Below are positions 38,401 through 47,809 of a DNA stretch of 64,000 nucleotides, piece by piece. Both the position numbers and the translations under genes were made by a program. The notes below the pieces were generated by a model that ran no database searches, was not told the DNA's origin, and saw only the letters and a program-made list of their open reading frames with translations. Source of the stretch: a virus; IMG/VR virus record IMGVR_UViG_3300020404_001578, positions 79,639-143,638 of that record; one strand, given 5' to 3'. Position 1 is the first letter of the stretch. Every line of letters starts with the position of its first letter.

Positions 38401-38538
38401 ACCTCCTCCTTCGTGTTGGAATCCTAAATACATCAATGTCAATGGTCGGCCTGTAGGCAAGGAAGTGCTTACGTTTCCTATAGACCCGAATCTACGGTGT
38501 CTACGGGACTGACGGGCCTGCCTTGCTGCACGATTCAT
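35470..38538 (-). CDS. Large putative virion protein with multiple hydrophobic-Gly motifs
   Basis: 1022 aa; TLGNLGF, SNLGL, PLGGLSG and NLGW. Confidence 0.55.
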   Translation of the reverse strand: MNRAARQARQSRRHRRFGSIGNVSTSLPTGRPLTLMYLGFQHEGGGRVHTLYEAGRWKKNKQTFVTDEDITIHYKTLGDGNAILVGSHVSSGVESLLFIRPVRTGEGSFTVRIPLPKLVGLKIALATSIPSDVDGSQLTDEERRFIANNSLQLSRTRTPNTMISPTLGNLGFIPQNELQFKAKGKTTVGDREFWDGKLSKHSFKRHGYTGKTSTFAKGGPTKPIGPAWVSYPTALHAFRAGYYYADFSDDNNFGWHAITKPNYRMGSAIPIAMVGQMIYHDDDSLTGQVRFGDSKSKNRVFDGIGNISDEQLLAYDQAVGDFSNLGLFKKLKKGIKKAGKGIKKAAKSTTKFVKKAVDTVVPEVRAPGNPEYHWSKGKVSREKIWFMQQMNATRFPNQVKESNEKKRLNAKWPAGTVIDAAIGPSKQFRYKLPKAIAGMPSSDPEGNKANESNGNYSNKDVRRLAVKVEWYNPKTGKWTLGRHPPYDPEIKGDGKFVVYFRFPRQLSSKDPDLKHWEGFSMSSNSKNGGTAHCYPTYNSKKGVIYNIVGRPEVIQDGQRTSATVTVGNTTLQGAPDYSGVVCCLRRGKHNAMHIADTQTFAITDVAKQAYLTQPNFSNIYWKEGEFSPGCKLVVIGQALTGFQKGAYLGLTTKPNKLAVDIHIENYGLKRTNNMGGSKDSDLLKLVDVITTADLEDDIDLVFNKRAVEANVKMAWKEVFGIDLSTQWFYDINAGMKDKEGNTIPGLEGADPDNPLNYLVSMQGQEFSFPYSIGIVEVPTNWAGPVLDFEEVAGDWKTTEKSIKDNAAGEALVYFVGTNSLRYDAKQKINLSGEIREQLAALSGGMSPSESLLTAGQIPDKMVEVSHQAYHDSVQAPAEAEPPKQDNWGIFDFLRPKPFQTDSKIRAKTLLPVGKKIPLGGLSGMNNHTIEDVSNKYAGDRVTSLGGARKPITGEKTDIQEIFLINPHEPTSANLGWFTQSQPRPSTVKARPRIPQFGSAYARSNVAKKRGHIMTEPDFQEGR

Positions 38539-40679
38539 CGGGTCATCCTCTCCATCGCAGACCTAGTGCGAGGGAAGATGCCGGCAAGGGACTGTCTGTT
38601 TTCAACACGTTCCTGACTTTTCTTGAGCCGTTCTTCCTCCGCAATTCTTTGCTTATCATAGAAAGCCCGACGTTCAGCCGTCAATTGGCGTACTGCGGGT
38701 AGTTGTTTTGATTTCCTACTACGGATAGTGGCTGCAATACCTAATGCTCTTGCATGACCAAGTTCTGCAATAGTGACCTTCTTTTGAACAAATCTTGGGT
38801 TACCTACTATTTGCATGAACTGTGCTTCAGCCTCTTGTTTTGTTTTAATTTGACCAACCGCATATTTGTTTACCAACTTACGAAGTGATTCTTTGCCTGC
38901 TGCACTAAATTCCATGCCTTGCATTGCCAAGAAGTACTTTTCATATTCATTGATACCCTGTTGCATTCCTGCAACATCTCGCTTTATCATATCTCCTCCC
39001 TTTGGAGTATGTGCTTGTTTTAACGTTCTATAGATACGAGTCTTGGCTTCGTCAAATGGAATCTGACGCTTGTCAAATTGTCTGATGATTGCTTTTGCTT
39101 TGTTGATGCCCTCTCCAGAAACATGGCCAGATTGGTTAAGTTCCATTAGTTTGTTAGACAGACACTTCTCAAGTGATTTGGTTTCAGAAAGGTTCTCCTT
39201 GTTTTCTTGGTATAGTCTACTTGGATTTAGATTACCAATTTGGTCGGATACTACTTGTAGTTCACCTTGTAAGTTCATTTCCTGTTGCTTGAGTTTTCTA
39301 GCAATTGCGCCTAATGAGTTTGCTTCATTCTCAAGTTTAGAAAGTTCTTGCATATTGTCACGGTGGTTGTCAGCAAGGGTATCATCTCTACGGATAGCAC
39401 CTAGATTCGCTTCACCTAATTTGAATGACCTTCTATAAGTTGAAATTCTTGACTTGATTGGTGATAGTCTGTTTGCCACACTTTGTTGTTTAGCACGAAC
39501 CTTGGCTAGATGTTCTTCAAGTTGTTTTGCTTGGAGTACTGCGGCACTACGGCTCTTGGAAATATTTGCTTTCAACATTCTAAGGCGTTGTTGAGATATT
39601 GAATCACTTTTCATCTTTGCAGCAGAACGACGGGCTGCAATGTTGCGGAGTCTTGCTTGTTGTGCAGCAAATGCTTTCCTGCGCTCAATTTCCTGTTTCA
39701 CCTTTTGTTGGTTTTGAATTGCAACTGCCTTAGGTCTAGGTCTGTTGATTCTTGATGGTGTTCTTCTAACAATCGGGCGGCGCACTGTGCCTCGTCTTGC
39801 TCTCATTCTGTCCATAGATGCTTTTCGTGCAGCCATGTATCGGTCGTAGACTGGTTTAGAAACACGCATTGGTTTTCCAGATTTACTTGGGATAACGTAC
39901 GTTTGCCTTCTACTAGAGCGACTGATGATTCTTCTTGCGTCCTTAGGGGTGGGTCCCACACGACTACGACTTGCTCTTTGCTTCTGTTGTTCCAAATATC
40001 TTCGGCGCATCATTGCAATACGAGCATTCTGTTGCTGTAATCTATTCTTATTGAGTTGTGATTGAGCAACCTTTGCGTTTCTTGCTTGAACGGATGCTTC
40101 TTGAGATAATGCCCTTCTTTTACTAGGTGAGCGAGTTCTTCTAGACATACGCTTGAACATCCTAGACATTCTAGAAGGACGCTTGATAATACTACGTGCC
40201 TTTCTGACTGGACTTTGAGGCATACGACGAACATATCCTCGGCGTGGTGAACGGCGAACAACTCTTTTGATTTGTGGGGGTTTTGGTGAAGGCTTTGCTA
40301 CATTGAATGGTTTGGCAGCCTTTGATTGTTGGAGTCTGTTATTCTTTGCTGCAATGGATGCTTGAATGCTTCTACGCAGTGGTACTCTTCTTCTTCTTTG
40401 TCTACGAATGGGTCTAACTTTGGTAGGCATTCTGTACCTCATGTACTTATTGCGCTTGGAATATTTTATGGCAGGAGAGTTTTGTAAATCAATTCGCAAC
40501 TCCTTTGCTTTGGCTGATTGAGTTGCAGCAATACGTCTTGCTTCACTGAGATTATCCACACGGCGATTCATAATGTCCCTACGAATCTTTGCACTTCTTT
40601 TCTCAAGTTGATGAATTGCACTTTTTGCTGCTTTGACTTCTCTGGGAGTGTTAGGTGGTCGTACTGGAATCTTTGCCAT
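38535..40679 (-). CDS. Arg/Lys-rich basic coiled-coil protein (putative DNA-binding core protein)
   Basis: Likely start MAKIP (40679; GGAGG RBS); very basic N-terminal ~420 aa. Confidence 0.6.
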   Translation of the reverse strand: MAKIPVRPPNTPREVKAAKSAIHQLEKRSAKIRRDIMNRRVDNLSEARRIAATQSAKAKELRIDLQNSPAIKYSKRNKYMRYRMPTKVRPIRRQRRRRVPLRRSIQASIAAKNNRLQQSKAAKPFNVAKPSPKPPQIKRVVRRSPRRGYVRRMPQSPVRKARSIIKRPSRMSRMFKRMSRRTRSPSKRRALSQEASVQARNAKVAQSQLNKNRLQQQNARIAMMRRRYLEQQKQRASRSRVGPTPKDARRIISRSSRRQTYVIPSKSGKPMRVSKPVYDRYMAARKASMDRMRARRGTVRRPIVRRTPSRINRPRPKAVAIQNQQKVKQEIERRKAFAAQQARLRNIAARRSAAKMKSDSISQQRLRMLKANISKSRSAAVLQAKQLEEHLAKVRAKQQSVANRLSPIKSRISTYRRSFKLGEANLGAIRRDDTLADNHRDNMQELSKLENEANSLGAIARKLKQQEMNLQGELQVVSDQIGNLNPSRLYQENKENLSETKSLEKCLSNKLMELNQSGHVSGEGINKAKAIIRQFDKRQIPFDEAKTRIYRTLKQAHTPKGGDMIKRDVAGMQQGINEYEKYFLAMQGMEFSAAGKESLRKLVNKYAVGQIKTKQEAEAQFMQIVGNPRFVQKKVTIAELGHARALGIAATIRSRKSKQLPAVRQLTAERRAFYDKQRIAEEERLKKSQERVENRQSLAGIFPRTRSAMERMTR

Positions 40680-40681
40680 GT

Positions 40682-41578
40682 TTATCCCTCCCTTGTAATC
40701 AATGCTAATCCGAGTATCACCCATGGAAGGGCCGATACGCTTGATGCGATGGACTCGTCCTCTATATCAATACCGCCTAATTTGGGGAAGATAGTTTCTT
40801 GCGCTGCTTCCTTGAAATCACTCCAGTTTTTGTATATAGTAGCATTGTTGATATTCTTTTCAGCCAACATTTCTTGCTCACTTATACGTTGCATAAGTAC
40901 TGCGTTTCTAGTTTGCATCTCTTTCAATTGCTCATTGATTAAACGGTTTCTTTCTTGACCTAGTCGCAAACGGTTTAGATATTGACGACGCATTTCATCT
41001 TTCTCTAATTTATGCTTCCAACGGTCAGTTGTTGAGATACTTTTACCGGGCAATCCCCTTGGTCCTCTTTGACCTCTTGCACCGGGGTATCCTCTTGGTC
41101 CTTGTTGTCCTGATGGTCCTGCAGGCCCTATTGGTCCTGTAGGTCCTACAACTAACTTAGGTTTGAGGGCCTTGTTTACACGTCTAGGTTTGCTTGTAAT
41201 TGCTCGCACTTCTTTTGGTGCTGCTCTAATTACTGGTTTTGGTTTGAGATTTTTAGGAGGTAGTGGTTTAGGTTTGGGTACTCTTATTCCCATTCTCTTT
41301 AGTGCTTCACGTTGTTTACTTGACAATGACTTTGATGCTTTGGCCTTTGAACGAGTAATGAATGAGCGTGTACTTCTTCTTACTGGTTTAGGTACTGATT
41401 TACTTGCTACCTTTGCTTTTTCCATCATTTTTCTAAATGTGGAAGTTTTGCGAACCGATGAAGTTTTTGCTTTCGCTTTCTTTTTTATTCGCTTGAGTGT
41501 TTTCTTGAAAGAGAATCCTAACTCACCGTAGGGAGAATGAGGGCTATACCCTAGGTGGTGCGGAGGCCTTCCTATCAA
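40682..41578 (-). CDS. Basic protein with collagen-like Gly-X-Y repeat, coiled coil and C-terminal TM
   Basis: GPTGPIGPAGPSGQQGPRGYPGARGQRGPRGLPGK; LPWVILGLALI. Confidence 0.7.
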   Translation of the reverse strand: MIGRPPHHLGYSPHSPYGELGFSFKKTLKRIKKKAKAKTSSVRKTSTFRKMMEKAKVASKSVPKPVRRSTRSFITRSKAKASKSLSSKQREALKRMGIRVPKPKPLPPKNLKPKPVIRAAPKEVRAITSKPRRVNKALKPKLVVGPTGPIGPAGPSGQQGPRGYPGARGQRGPRGLPGKSISTTDRWKHKLEKDEMRRQYLNRLRLGQERNRLINEQLKEMQTRNAVLMQRISEQEMLAEKNINNATIYKNWSDFKEAAQETIFPKLGGIDIEDESIASSVSALPWVILGLALITREG

Positions 41579-41587
41579 GGACTCACC

Positions 41588-41983
41588 TCAGTTTAGTGCT
41601 TTCAACAGAATGTATCCGCCGCCAAGGTACATGGCTACGTCTTTCATTTTCATCTTGGTTGGGTTTAGGTTACCAGTAAGTGCTAGTAGTGCGCCACCAG
41701 TAGCAACTGCCTTGATGAATCCTGAGTCAGACATTGAAAGGTTTCCAAACATTCCGTAAAGTCCGGGTGTTTGTAGGTTTTCTAATCCTTGGTTGAATTC
41801 TGGGTCGTTACCGAATCCATTCATTCGTCCAAGTCCACCGAACATGATTGGTTCCTTTTGGATGTTAGCCATGTATTCTTCCGGTAGTCTGATATCTGTT
41901 TCAAAGAAGTTGTTGCTATTGGCCGGCATTTGGTTAGGCTGTAGCATACCTCTTCGCTTTGCTTCTTTCATACTCATTTGCAT
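41588..41983 (-). CDS. Small membrane protein
   Basis: MFGGLG/GFGN motifs, then two hydrophobic helices. Confidence 0.55.
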   Translation of the reverse strand: MQMSMKEAKRRGMLQPNQMPANSNNFFETDIRLPEEYMANIQKEPIMFGGLGRMNGFGNDPEFNQGLENLQTPGLYGMFGNLSMSDSGFIKAVATGGALLALTGNLNPTKMKMKDVAMYLGGGYILLKALN

Positions 41984-41994
41984 ATTTGTTCCCT

Positions 41995-42291
41995 CTATTT
42001 GGTTCTGTGGTCCCAGATTCTCACTATTCCAAGTCCTAGTAATGCGCCAATTCCAAGGAGCATAAAGGACTCCTTTTTGTTAGCGATAAGACCCATCGGT
42101 GTGGTTCTGGGAGCAGGAAGGTTAGGCATTGCGCCTAGTTGTTGCATCTCTGGATGCTGATTTATCAAACGCTCGGCATCGTTATTGATATTCATGTTAG
42201 CCATATCGGTATTGCCTAACTGTGTCATGGGTTCATCTCCGAATGCTATCGGTATATTTCCGTCTTCTTCATCTGTACCCATCCAAACCAT
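41995..42291 (-). CDS. Small membrane protein
   Basis: C-terminal TM FMLLGIGALLGLGIV; QLGN and QLGA. Confidence 0.55.
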   Translation of the reverse strand: MVWMGTDEEDGNIPIAFGDEPMTQLGNTDMANMNINNDAERLINQHPEMQQLGAMPNLPAPRTTPMGLIANKKESFMLLGIGALLGLGIVRIWDHRTK

Positions 42292-42295
42292 ACTT

Positions 42296-42985
42296 TCACC
42301 TTCTCCCTTTTATGAAACCAAGTACCTTACTATATGGGTGTTGATAACCCGTGCCTAAGTTAGCCGAGGACACACCACTTAATGAATTGATTCCTCCGGC
42401 AATGTTTTGGTGGTGTATCGGACTTCTTGCTGTGCTTGCATCAGCAATAAGCGGGTATACCTTGCTTACTGGTACTGATTGGTTGAGTTTGAAATTAGGG
42501 AAAATTAATTCGGCAACAATCCACTTGTTACCGTATTTCTTAGTTGGTGCCATAGTTTTAACGCAGCCCATTACGTGGTTGAATACTCCATCTTTGTTAG
42601 AGTCTACAATAATTGCACCTGTTTGATATCCTAATGCGCCGAGTAGTGATGCCCATACAATAACGAAGTCGTCGCAATCAGCACCAGAGTTTCCTGCTTC
42701 TACGTCCTTTAGGATACGTCTAGCCGTCATAAAGTACTCTACTGCCCATGGGTCCTTAACATAGTGTACATTGTTTTGTACCCATTTGGTAATAGCAGTA
42801 ATCTCTCCTAACTCGTCGTGTTGTCGTACACCTGCAGCATGAATAATTTGTAATGCTTTTTGTCGGACATACCTATCTCTAAGTCCATCCTCAATCAATC
42901 TGCGGAGGTATTCAACAACAACTTTGAATCGTTGGTCCATTGTTGTACCGGGCTTGAACTTTACACGAAGAACCTGCTCGGCCAT
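42296..42985 (-). CDS. Transglutaminase-like cysteine protease (candidate maturation protease)
   Basis: WVQNNVHYVKDP..GADCDD..SLLGALGY..FNHV..WIVAE; likely start MAEQ (42985). Confidence 0.75.
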   Translation of the reverse strand: MAEQVLRVKFKPGTTMDQRFKVVVEYLRRLIEDGLRDRYVRQKALQIIHAAGVRQHDELGEITAITKWVQNNVHYVKDPWAVEYFMTARRILKDVEAGNSGADCDDFVIVWASLLGALGYQTGAIIVDSNKDGVFNHVMGCVKTMAPTKKYGNKWIVAELIFPNFKLNQSVPVSKVYPLIADASTARSPIHHQNIAGGINSLSGVSSANLGTGYQHPYSKVLGFIKGRR

Positions 42986-43022
42986 GTTATGGCCCAATCT
43001 ATTCTTCGTATTAACACCTACG

Positions 43023-43448
43023 CTATTCATCAATAGTAGTAATTTCAATCATTACTTTAGGACCTTTTTCTTGGGCTGCTGTTTTCTTGATAACTTGTAA
43101 GTTACATATCTGGGAATCATTATGATACGCTACTCCTTCCAACCCGTCTGCAATACCTTTGTACAAGTTATCCACATCTGGTTTTTTGGTATTCCATTTT
43201 TCCGGTACTGGTGTTCGCTTCCTATGTGCTGACTTAGGTAAGGGCATAATACACTTAATCCATACTTTGAGAGGTCCAGAGAATGGTTCTTCATGTCCAT
43301 GTTCACGCATTGCTTTCATTCCAAATTCCTTGACCATTGTTTTCCAATCTCTAGATTTCTTTGGGTCGTACGCACGTGCGTAACCTCCGAATGTAGTAAG
43401 TCTGGGTCTACCCTGCGCAACCGGAGTGCCGGGAATTATTATTCGCAC
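43023..43448 (-). CDS. rusA: RusA-family Holliday junction resolvase
   Basis: PVAQGRPR..KPDVDNLYKGIADGL..NDSQI. Confidence 0.9.
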   Translation of the reverse strand: MRIIIPGTPVAQGRPRLTTFGGYARAYDPKKSRDWKTMVKEFGMKAMREHGHEEPFSGPLKVWIKCIMPLPKSAHRKRTPVPEKWNTKKPDVDNLYKGIADGLEGVAYHNDSQICNLQVIKKTAAQEKGPKVMIEITTIDE

Positions 43449-43461
43449 GTGTGGTATAGAA

Positions 43462-44253
43462 TCATCTCCTTCTAAGAGTAGGAGTCCTGTTTCGTTTTAG
43501 TGAAAGTGTAGGCTCTGGTGGTGTGTATCCTTCGTCTTCCTCTTCTTCAAAATCATCTTCTTCGTCGTCCCAATCAGGAGTGTATTCATCTTCTTCCTCT
43601 GGCCAATCTTCTGGTTCTAATTGAATTGTTTCTGGTAGGGTGATGTTTTGCATAATGTCATTTGTTGTTACTGTTGTTTCTGGTGCCTTTGGTCGTGCTT
43701 GGATGAATCCTAAGATTTCTTCTGCAGCGTCTAGTAGTTGTTTCCAATCAATTCGCTTTGCTTGGTTGATGTACATTGTTACATCTACCTCACGGAGATT
43801 ATCTAGGACTTCGCTCAGTCCATCTTTGTTTTCCTTTAGTTTCTCTACTACTTCGGCAATGGGGTCTAAATCTAATTCATTTAGATTAACTCCAACCTTT
43901 TGGAATATACCCTTTGCTTCATCTAAGTCAGAAGTAAACGACGTAACTTTTTGATTAGCATCCTGTAATGTTTCATCAAGTTCTTCTGTAGCATCAATAA
44001 CAACATCAAGATGGTCTAGTGTGTCGTTTGATTTACCATCTAATCTAATTGTTAGATAGGCGATTACGCTATTGATACTTGCATTTAGAATTGCAACTGA
44101 AACGATTGATGTGTTGGTCAATCCCCAATCCGAGTTGAGTTGTAAAAGAGCAAATACGCTAAGAGCAGGAACAATGAATAACAAAACGTAGATTACCGTC
44201 GTCATTGAAAATGCCGAAGCATCTCGGTCAAAATGTGATTCGTCTTCCTGCAC
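43462..44253 (-). CDS. Membrane protein with coiled coil and acidic tail
   Basis: Two N-terminal TMs; D/E-rich C-terminus. Confidence 0.6.
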   Translation of the reverse strand: MQEDESHFDRDASAFSMTTVIYVLLFIVPALSVFALLQLNSDWGLTNTSIVSVAILNASINSVIAYLTIRLDGKSNDTLDHLDVVIDATEELDETLQDANQKVTSFTSDLDEAKGIFQKVGVNLNELDLDPIAEVVEKLKENKDGLSEVLDNLREVDVTMYINQAKRIDWKQLLDAAEEILGFIQARPKAPETTVTTNDIMQNITLPETIQLEPEDWPEEEDEYTPDWDDEEDDFEEEEDEGYTPPEPTLSLKRNRTPTLRRR

Positions 44254-44262
44254 TTAATCACC

Positions 44263-45801
44263 TCACGACCTCAAGGCTGCAAGGATTTCACGACAGAAGT
44301 TAGCGGTATCGGGTCTTTGTAGGAATCCAATATCGTGATGTAGCCCTCCTGTTGATTCAAACGGTTTAATTTTAGCAATCAATTCTTCGTAGGTACTATT
44401 GACAAATGTTGCACCTAGTACTGGATTACTAGTTAGCCTATTCCGTGCTTCTGTAAGTACTGTATCTTTGCTGACTCCGTTCTCAACCATTTCCATTGCT
44501 TGTCTAATGTTTAATCCGATATCACGTACACTATCAATCAATAGGATGCGTTCTACCATCAATTCCATCTTCTTTTGCGGGATTAGTTTAGAGTGTTCGG
44601 TCATAATAATTTCAACACCAATCTCAATTCTTTCCTGTAGTGCTTTCAAACGCTTAGGGTCTTGCAATTCCTCGGCTTTACCGGGGATTTGCTTCCAAGC
44701 ATTCAACAACTCCATTTTGTATTGGTCTGGGGTGAAGTCCTGAATAACTGGTTCGGGTTCCTCCACTCCTTCTGAAAAGAATCCCGGTAGTTCATCTGCT
44801 TCGGCTTGTACCATTTGTTGTGGTTGCATCATCTGTTGCTCTTGCATCATTTGCTGCTGTTGCATCATCTGTTGTTGTTGAAGCATCTGTTGTTGCTGTA
44901 TCTGTTGTTGGGATGGAACGGCTTCCTGTGCATACGGGTCATATGTTGGTACATCATAACCTGCCGGCACATTTCGCTTTGCGGCCATTGCGGAGGCTCC
45001 AGTGGCTACTGCTGATAGCACATCACTGTTGAGTAGTTTACTTGCTACTCTTTCAATCGCTCCTCCTTCATTGTTACCTAGAAGTTGGTCTACCATTTTC
45101 TCTTTGAAGATGCCTTTCATTTCACCATCAAAGAATCCATCGTTATCTGACTTCTTCATCATGTCACGCATGAACGCCATTTGTTGGGTTAGGAATTGTT
45201 GGTCCCTTGCCATCTGTTCACGACGGTTTTCAATTTCTCTTTGTTGGTCCATTCTACGTTGTTCCATTTGTTGGTATGATGAAAACTTCATAGATTCAAG
45301 TTGCAGTGCTTGTTGCTGTGCCATGAAATTCATCATAGCAAATACAGAGTTGGATGTTGAATCTCCTCCAGTCGGTGGTTGTATTGGTGGTGAGGGTAAT
45401 GTAACAGGGGCTCTCATCATCTCTTCCATATGTTGTCCGGGGGTGTTTCTTCTACCTTCGGAGGTGTCTGGTCCGACTGATGAAATGATGCTACCGGGGA
45501 TTGCGAATGCAGTTTTTGCATCTAATCCTCTAGCACTAAGCCATGCAGCATAATACTTCTTGATTGTTTTCTGGGGCGCACCAATTCTGTTTGCTATTTC
45601 ATCAAACGCAGGGTTTGCTGAACCGCCTACATAGTATGGGCTACCATCGTACCAATCATCATCTTGGAATACTTCGTCCAATAATGTCTTTCTTTCACTG
45701 GGTTTTAGCGAATCCCATGCAGGGTCGCCACTTTGTTCATCTTCGTTACTATCTTCAAATAATTCGTCTACCATATTATCACCTTTACAATTCTTCTCCA
45801 A
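44263..45801 (-). CDS. Gln/Met-rich hypothetical protein
   Basis: Poly-Q/M tracts (about 44810-44910). Confidence 0.6.
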   Translation of the reverse strand: MEKNCKGDNMVDELFEDSNEDEQSGDPAWDSLKPSERKTLLDEVFQDDDWYDGSPYYVGGSANPAFDEIANRIGAPQKTIKKYYAAWLSARGLDAKTAFAIPGSIISSVGPDTSEGRRNTPGQHMEEMMRAPVTLPSPPIQPPTGGDSTSNSVFAMMNFMAQQQALQLESMKFSSYQQMEQRRMDQQREIENRREQMARDQQFLTQQMAFMRDMMKKSDNDGFFDGEMKGIFKEKMVDQLLGNNEGGAIERVASKLLNSDVLSAVATGASAMAAKRNVPAGYDVPTYDPYAQEAVPSQQQIQQQQMLQQQQMMQQQQMMQEQQMMQPQQMVQAEADELPGFFSEGVEEPEPVIQDFTPDQYKMELLNAWKQIPGKAEELQDPKRLKALQERIEIGVEIIMTEHSKLIPQKKMELMVERILLIDSVRDIGLNIRQAMEMVENGVSKDTVLTEARNRLTSNPVLGATFVNSTYEELIAKIKPFESTGGLHHDIGFLQRPDTANFCREILAALRS

Positions 45802-46324
45802 ACTCGTCGCATTCTACTTCTTCACCAGTATCTGGGTCGTAAAAGAAATACGAACCGTCTTCTCTTTGGTAGAATTCGTCGTCTACTTCTTCATAATTAG
45901 CACTGTGGTCCATGGAGTCTTCTTTGATTCTACGCCAAAAACTGAGTGCGCCAGAAAATGCTTTAGAGCCAAACATAAGCCCTAATTCTCCCATTCCCTC
46001 TTTGATTACATCTTCAGCAGTACGTTCTTTCTTTGGAACTTCTACTTTTACATCGTGTTCCATCAATACCGCAGCCAACATTACTACGTTTCTCCTAAGG
46101 TCGTCAATTGCATCTACAGAATGCCTGTGTGGGTTTGCAATCAGTTTTGACCAAATAAGTAAATCGTTATCACGAATATCCTTTAGTTTCATGGTCAAGT
46201 CCTTATGGACAAAATCAATATCCATTGGTTTGCCCGTTTCTGGGTCAATGTCAATGGTCTTGTCGTCATTGGTAATATGAATCACCTCATGCGTATGGGT
46301 CGTCTGATTTTGTTTCCTTATCAT
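45785..46324 (-). CDS. Hypothetical protein
   Basis: ORF in operon; start uncertain. Confidence 0.5.
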   Translation of the reverse strand: MIRKQNQTTHTHEVIHITNDDKTIDIDPETGKPMDIDFVHKDLTMKLKDIRDNDLLIWSKLIANPHRHSVDAIDDLRRNVVMLAAVLMEHDVKVEVPKKERTAEDVIKEGMGELGLMFGSKAFSGALSFWRRIKEDSMDHSANYEEVDDEFYQREDGSYFFYDPDTGEEVECDEFGEEL

Positions 46325-46679
46325 CTGACTCTACTGGTTCTTGTGTTTCAGTAGTTTCTTTTGATTCGGGTTCCGCTTTTGGGGTTTCTTCTGCAAGACC
46401 GTACGGGTCATCCTCGTCATCTTCATCGTCCCAAAGATATTCATCATCAAATTCTAGGTCTGATGCTAACTGTGCCAACATTAGCCCCCATACTTGATTG
46501 ATTACTTGTGGGTCTGACCAAGACACTTGCTTTACTCTGTCCCAAGTGTATAGGGTTAAACCCGAATCGTTCTTTACGGCTAATCCAAAATCATGCATGA
46601 TTACGGTAGCCGATACATATTCTTTCACTTCATCTTCGGGGCCGTCAAGGACGACCAACTTACTAGCAACGGTCTGCAT
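46287..46679 (-). CDS. Acidic hypothetical protein
   Basis: First gene of the leftward operon after an AT-rich intergenic region. Confidence 0.55.
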   Translation of the reverse strand: MQTVASKLVVLDGPEDEVKEYVSATVIMHDFGLAVKNDSGLTLYTWDRVKQVSWSDPQVINQVWGLMLAQLASDLEFDDEYLWDDEDDEDDPYGLAEETPKAEPESKETTETQEPVESDDKETKSDDPYA

Positions 46680-46808
46680 GAATATAACGACATTACGGGT
46701 AGGCTATTAACAAATTGTGTGAATAGATGTATGAATGTTGTAAACAAGAATACAATGTTTTAGAAAAAACACAATAGTAATATTCTACCTTAATCGTCGT
46801 ACGTATCA

Positions 46809-47366
46809 ATGGAAACCAATAATTCTGAAACACGTTCACAAAAACAAGTTGCCCGTGAAAAGAAAAAGCGAGAAGATAAAATCAGAAACATATTCTGGAC
46901 AAAAAACCTTGAAACAGAACCAAAAAAGAAAAGATTGCATATTGCAATTCCATCTTCTTCAATAGAAACTATCAGTGACATTAGACAAATGCATTCTGTT
47001 GAATGTTGGAAGTATATTCCTGACGTAGTGTTAGATGCATTGTTCAATGAACAGATACATCTTCGTGATGAGGACCCTACAGACCCTACATATGTTCTAA
47101 CTGATAGGGAGATTGTTCGTATGTCTTTGGAACTGTTGCGTTTGTATTTGATGGGTGCTGACCATTACAACCGTAGATTACTAAGGAAACTAATTACTGC
47201 ACATGGTCAAGAGTTGCAACCAGAGAAGTTGTTGGCGAATGTAGAAAGTGGTGCAAGGTATACTCTTGCAGTAGATGCGTTACTTGAGATGCGTGAACAG
47301 GAAGAGGCTGCAATGAAGTCCGATGAAGCGTTTGACTTCTCGGCTGCTGACTTCCTAGATGATTAG
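46809..47366 (+). CDS. Hypothetical protein (possible regulator)
   Basis: 185-aa divergent ORF. Confidence 0.55.
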   Translation: METNNSETRSQKQVAREKKKREDKIRNIFWTKNLETEPKKKRLHIAIPSSSIETISDIRQMHSVECWKYIPDVVLDALFNEQIHLRDEDPTDPTYVLTDREIVRMSLELLRLYLMGADHYNRRLLRKLITAHGQELQPEKLLANVESGARYTLAVDALLEMREQEEAAMKSDEAFDFSAADFLDD

Positions 47367-47803
47367 TCAATGCGTATTTCGCAAATAGAAAGTGTAAGTA
47401 CGGCGTCATTAGACATACGATTCTTCATGTGCCACTTCTCTACGTACTGTGTTGCTGATTCCTCATCGGTGAATGTTGCAAGTAATCCTAATGGGTGACT
47501 TTGCATTGTTGGTTCGGATATATCTACAATAACTGCACCCTCTGGTACTTCGTCTACACCCATGATAGCATCCTTCAACTCTTCGTTACCCTCGGCGGCG
47601 TACTTTACTTTACGAGCCAACCTACCGCAGTCGCCCTTAGAACACCATGTAGATATTCTGTCTGGTGAGTACACTACCCATATTGATGAGGCTTTACTCA
47701 AGTCTGATGCACGATATGCATTTACTTCTTCTTCAAGTGAACTAATTTTATCTTGAAGTGTGTTGATAGTGATGCTTAATGCATCTACAACTGGGTCACC
47801 CAT
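47363..47803 (-). CDS. Hypothetical protein
   Basis: N-terminal coiled coil. Confidence 0.5.
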   Translation of the reverse strand: MGDPVVDALSITINTLQDKISSLEEEVNAYRASDLSKASSIWVVYSPDRISTWCSKGDCGRLARKVKYAAEGNEELKDAIMGVDEVPEGAVIVDISEPTMQSHPLGLLATFTDEESATQYVEKWHMKNRMSNDAVLTLSICEIRID

Positions 47804-47809
47804 AGGGCA

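Noticed and set aside
7808-46710. Numerous 60-250 aa plus-strand ORFs inside long minus-strand genes
   Set aside because: Fully antisense to motif-bearing genes, Ser/Phe/Leu-rich, with no RBS or motifs.
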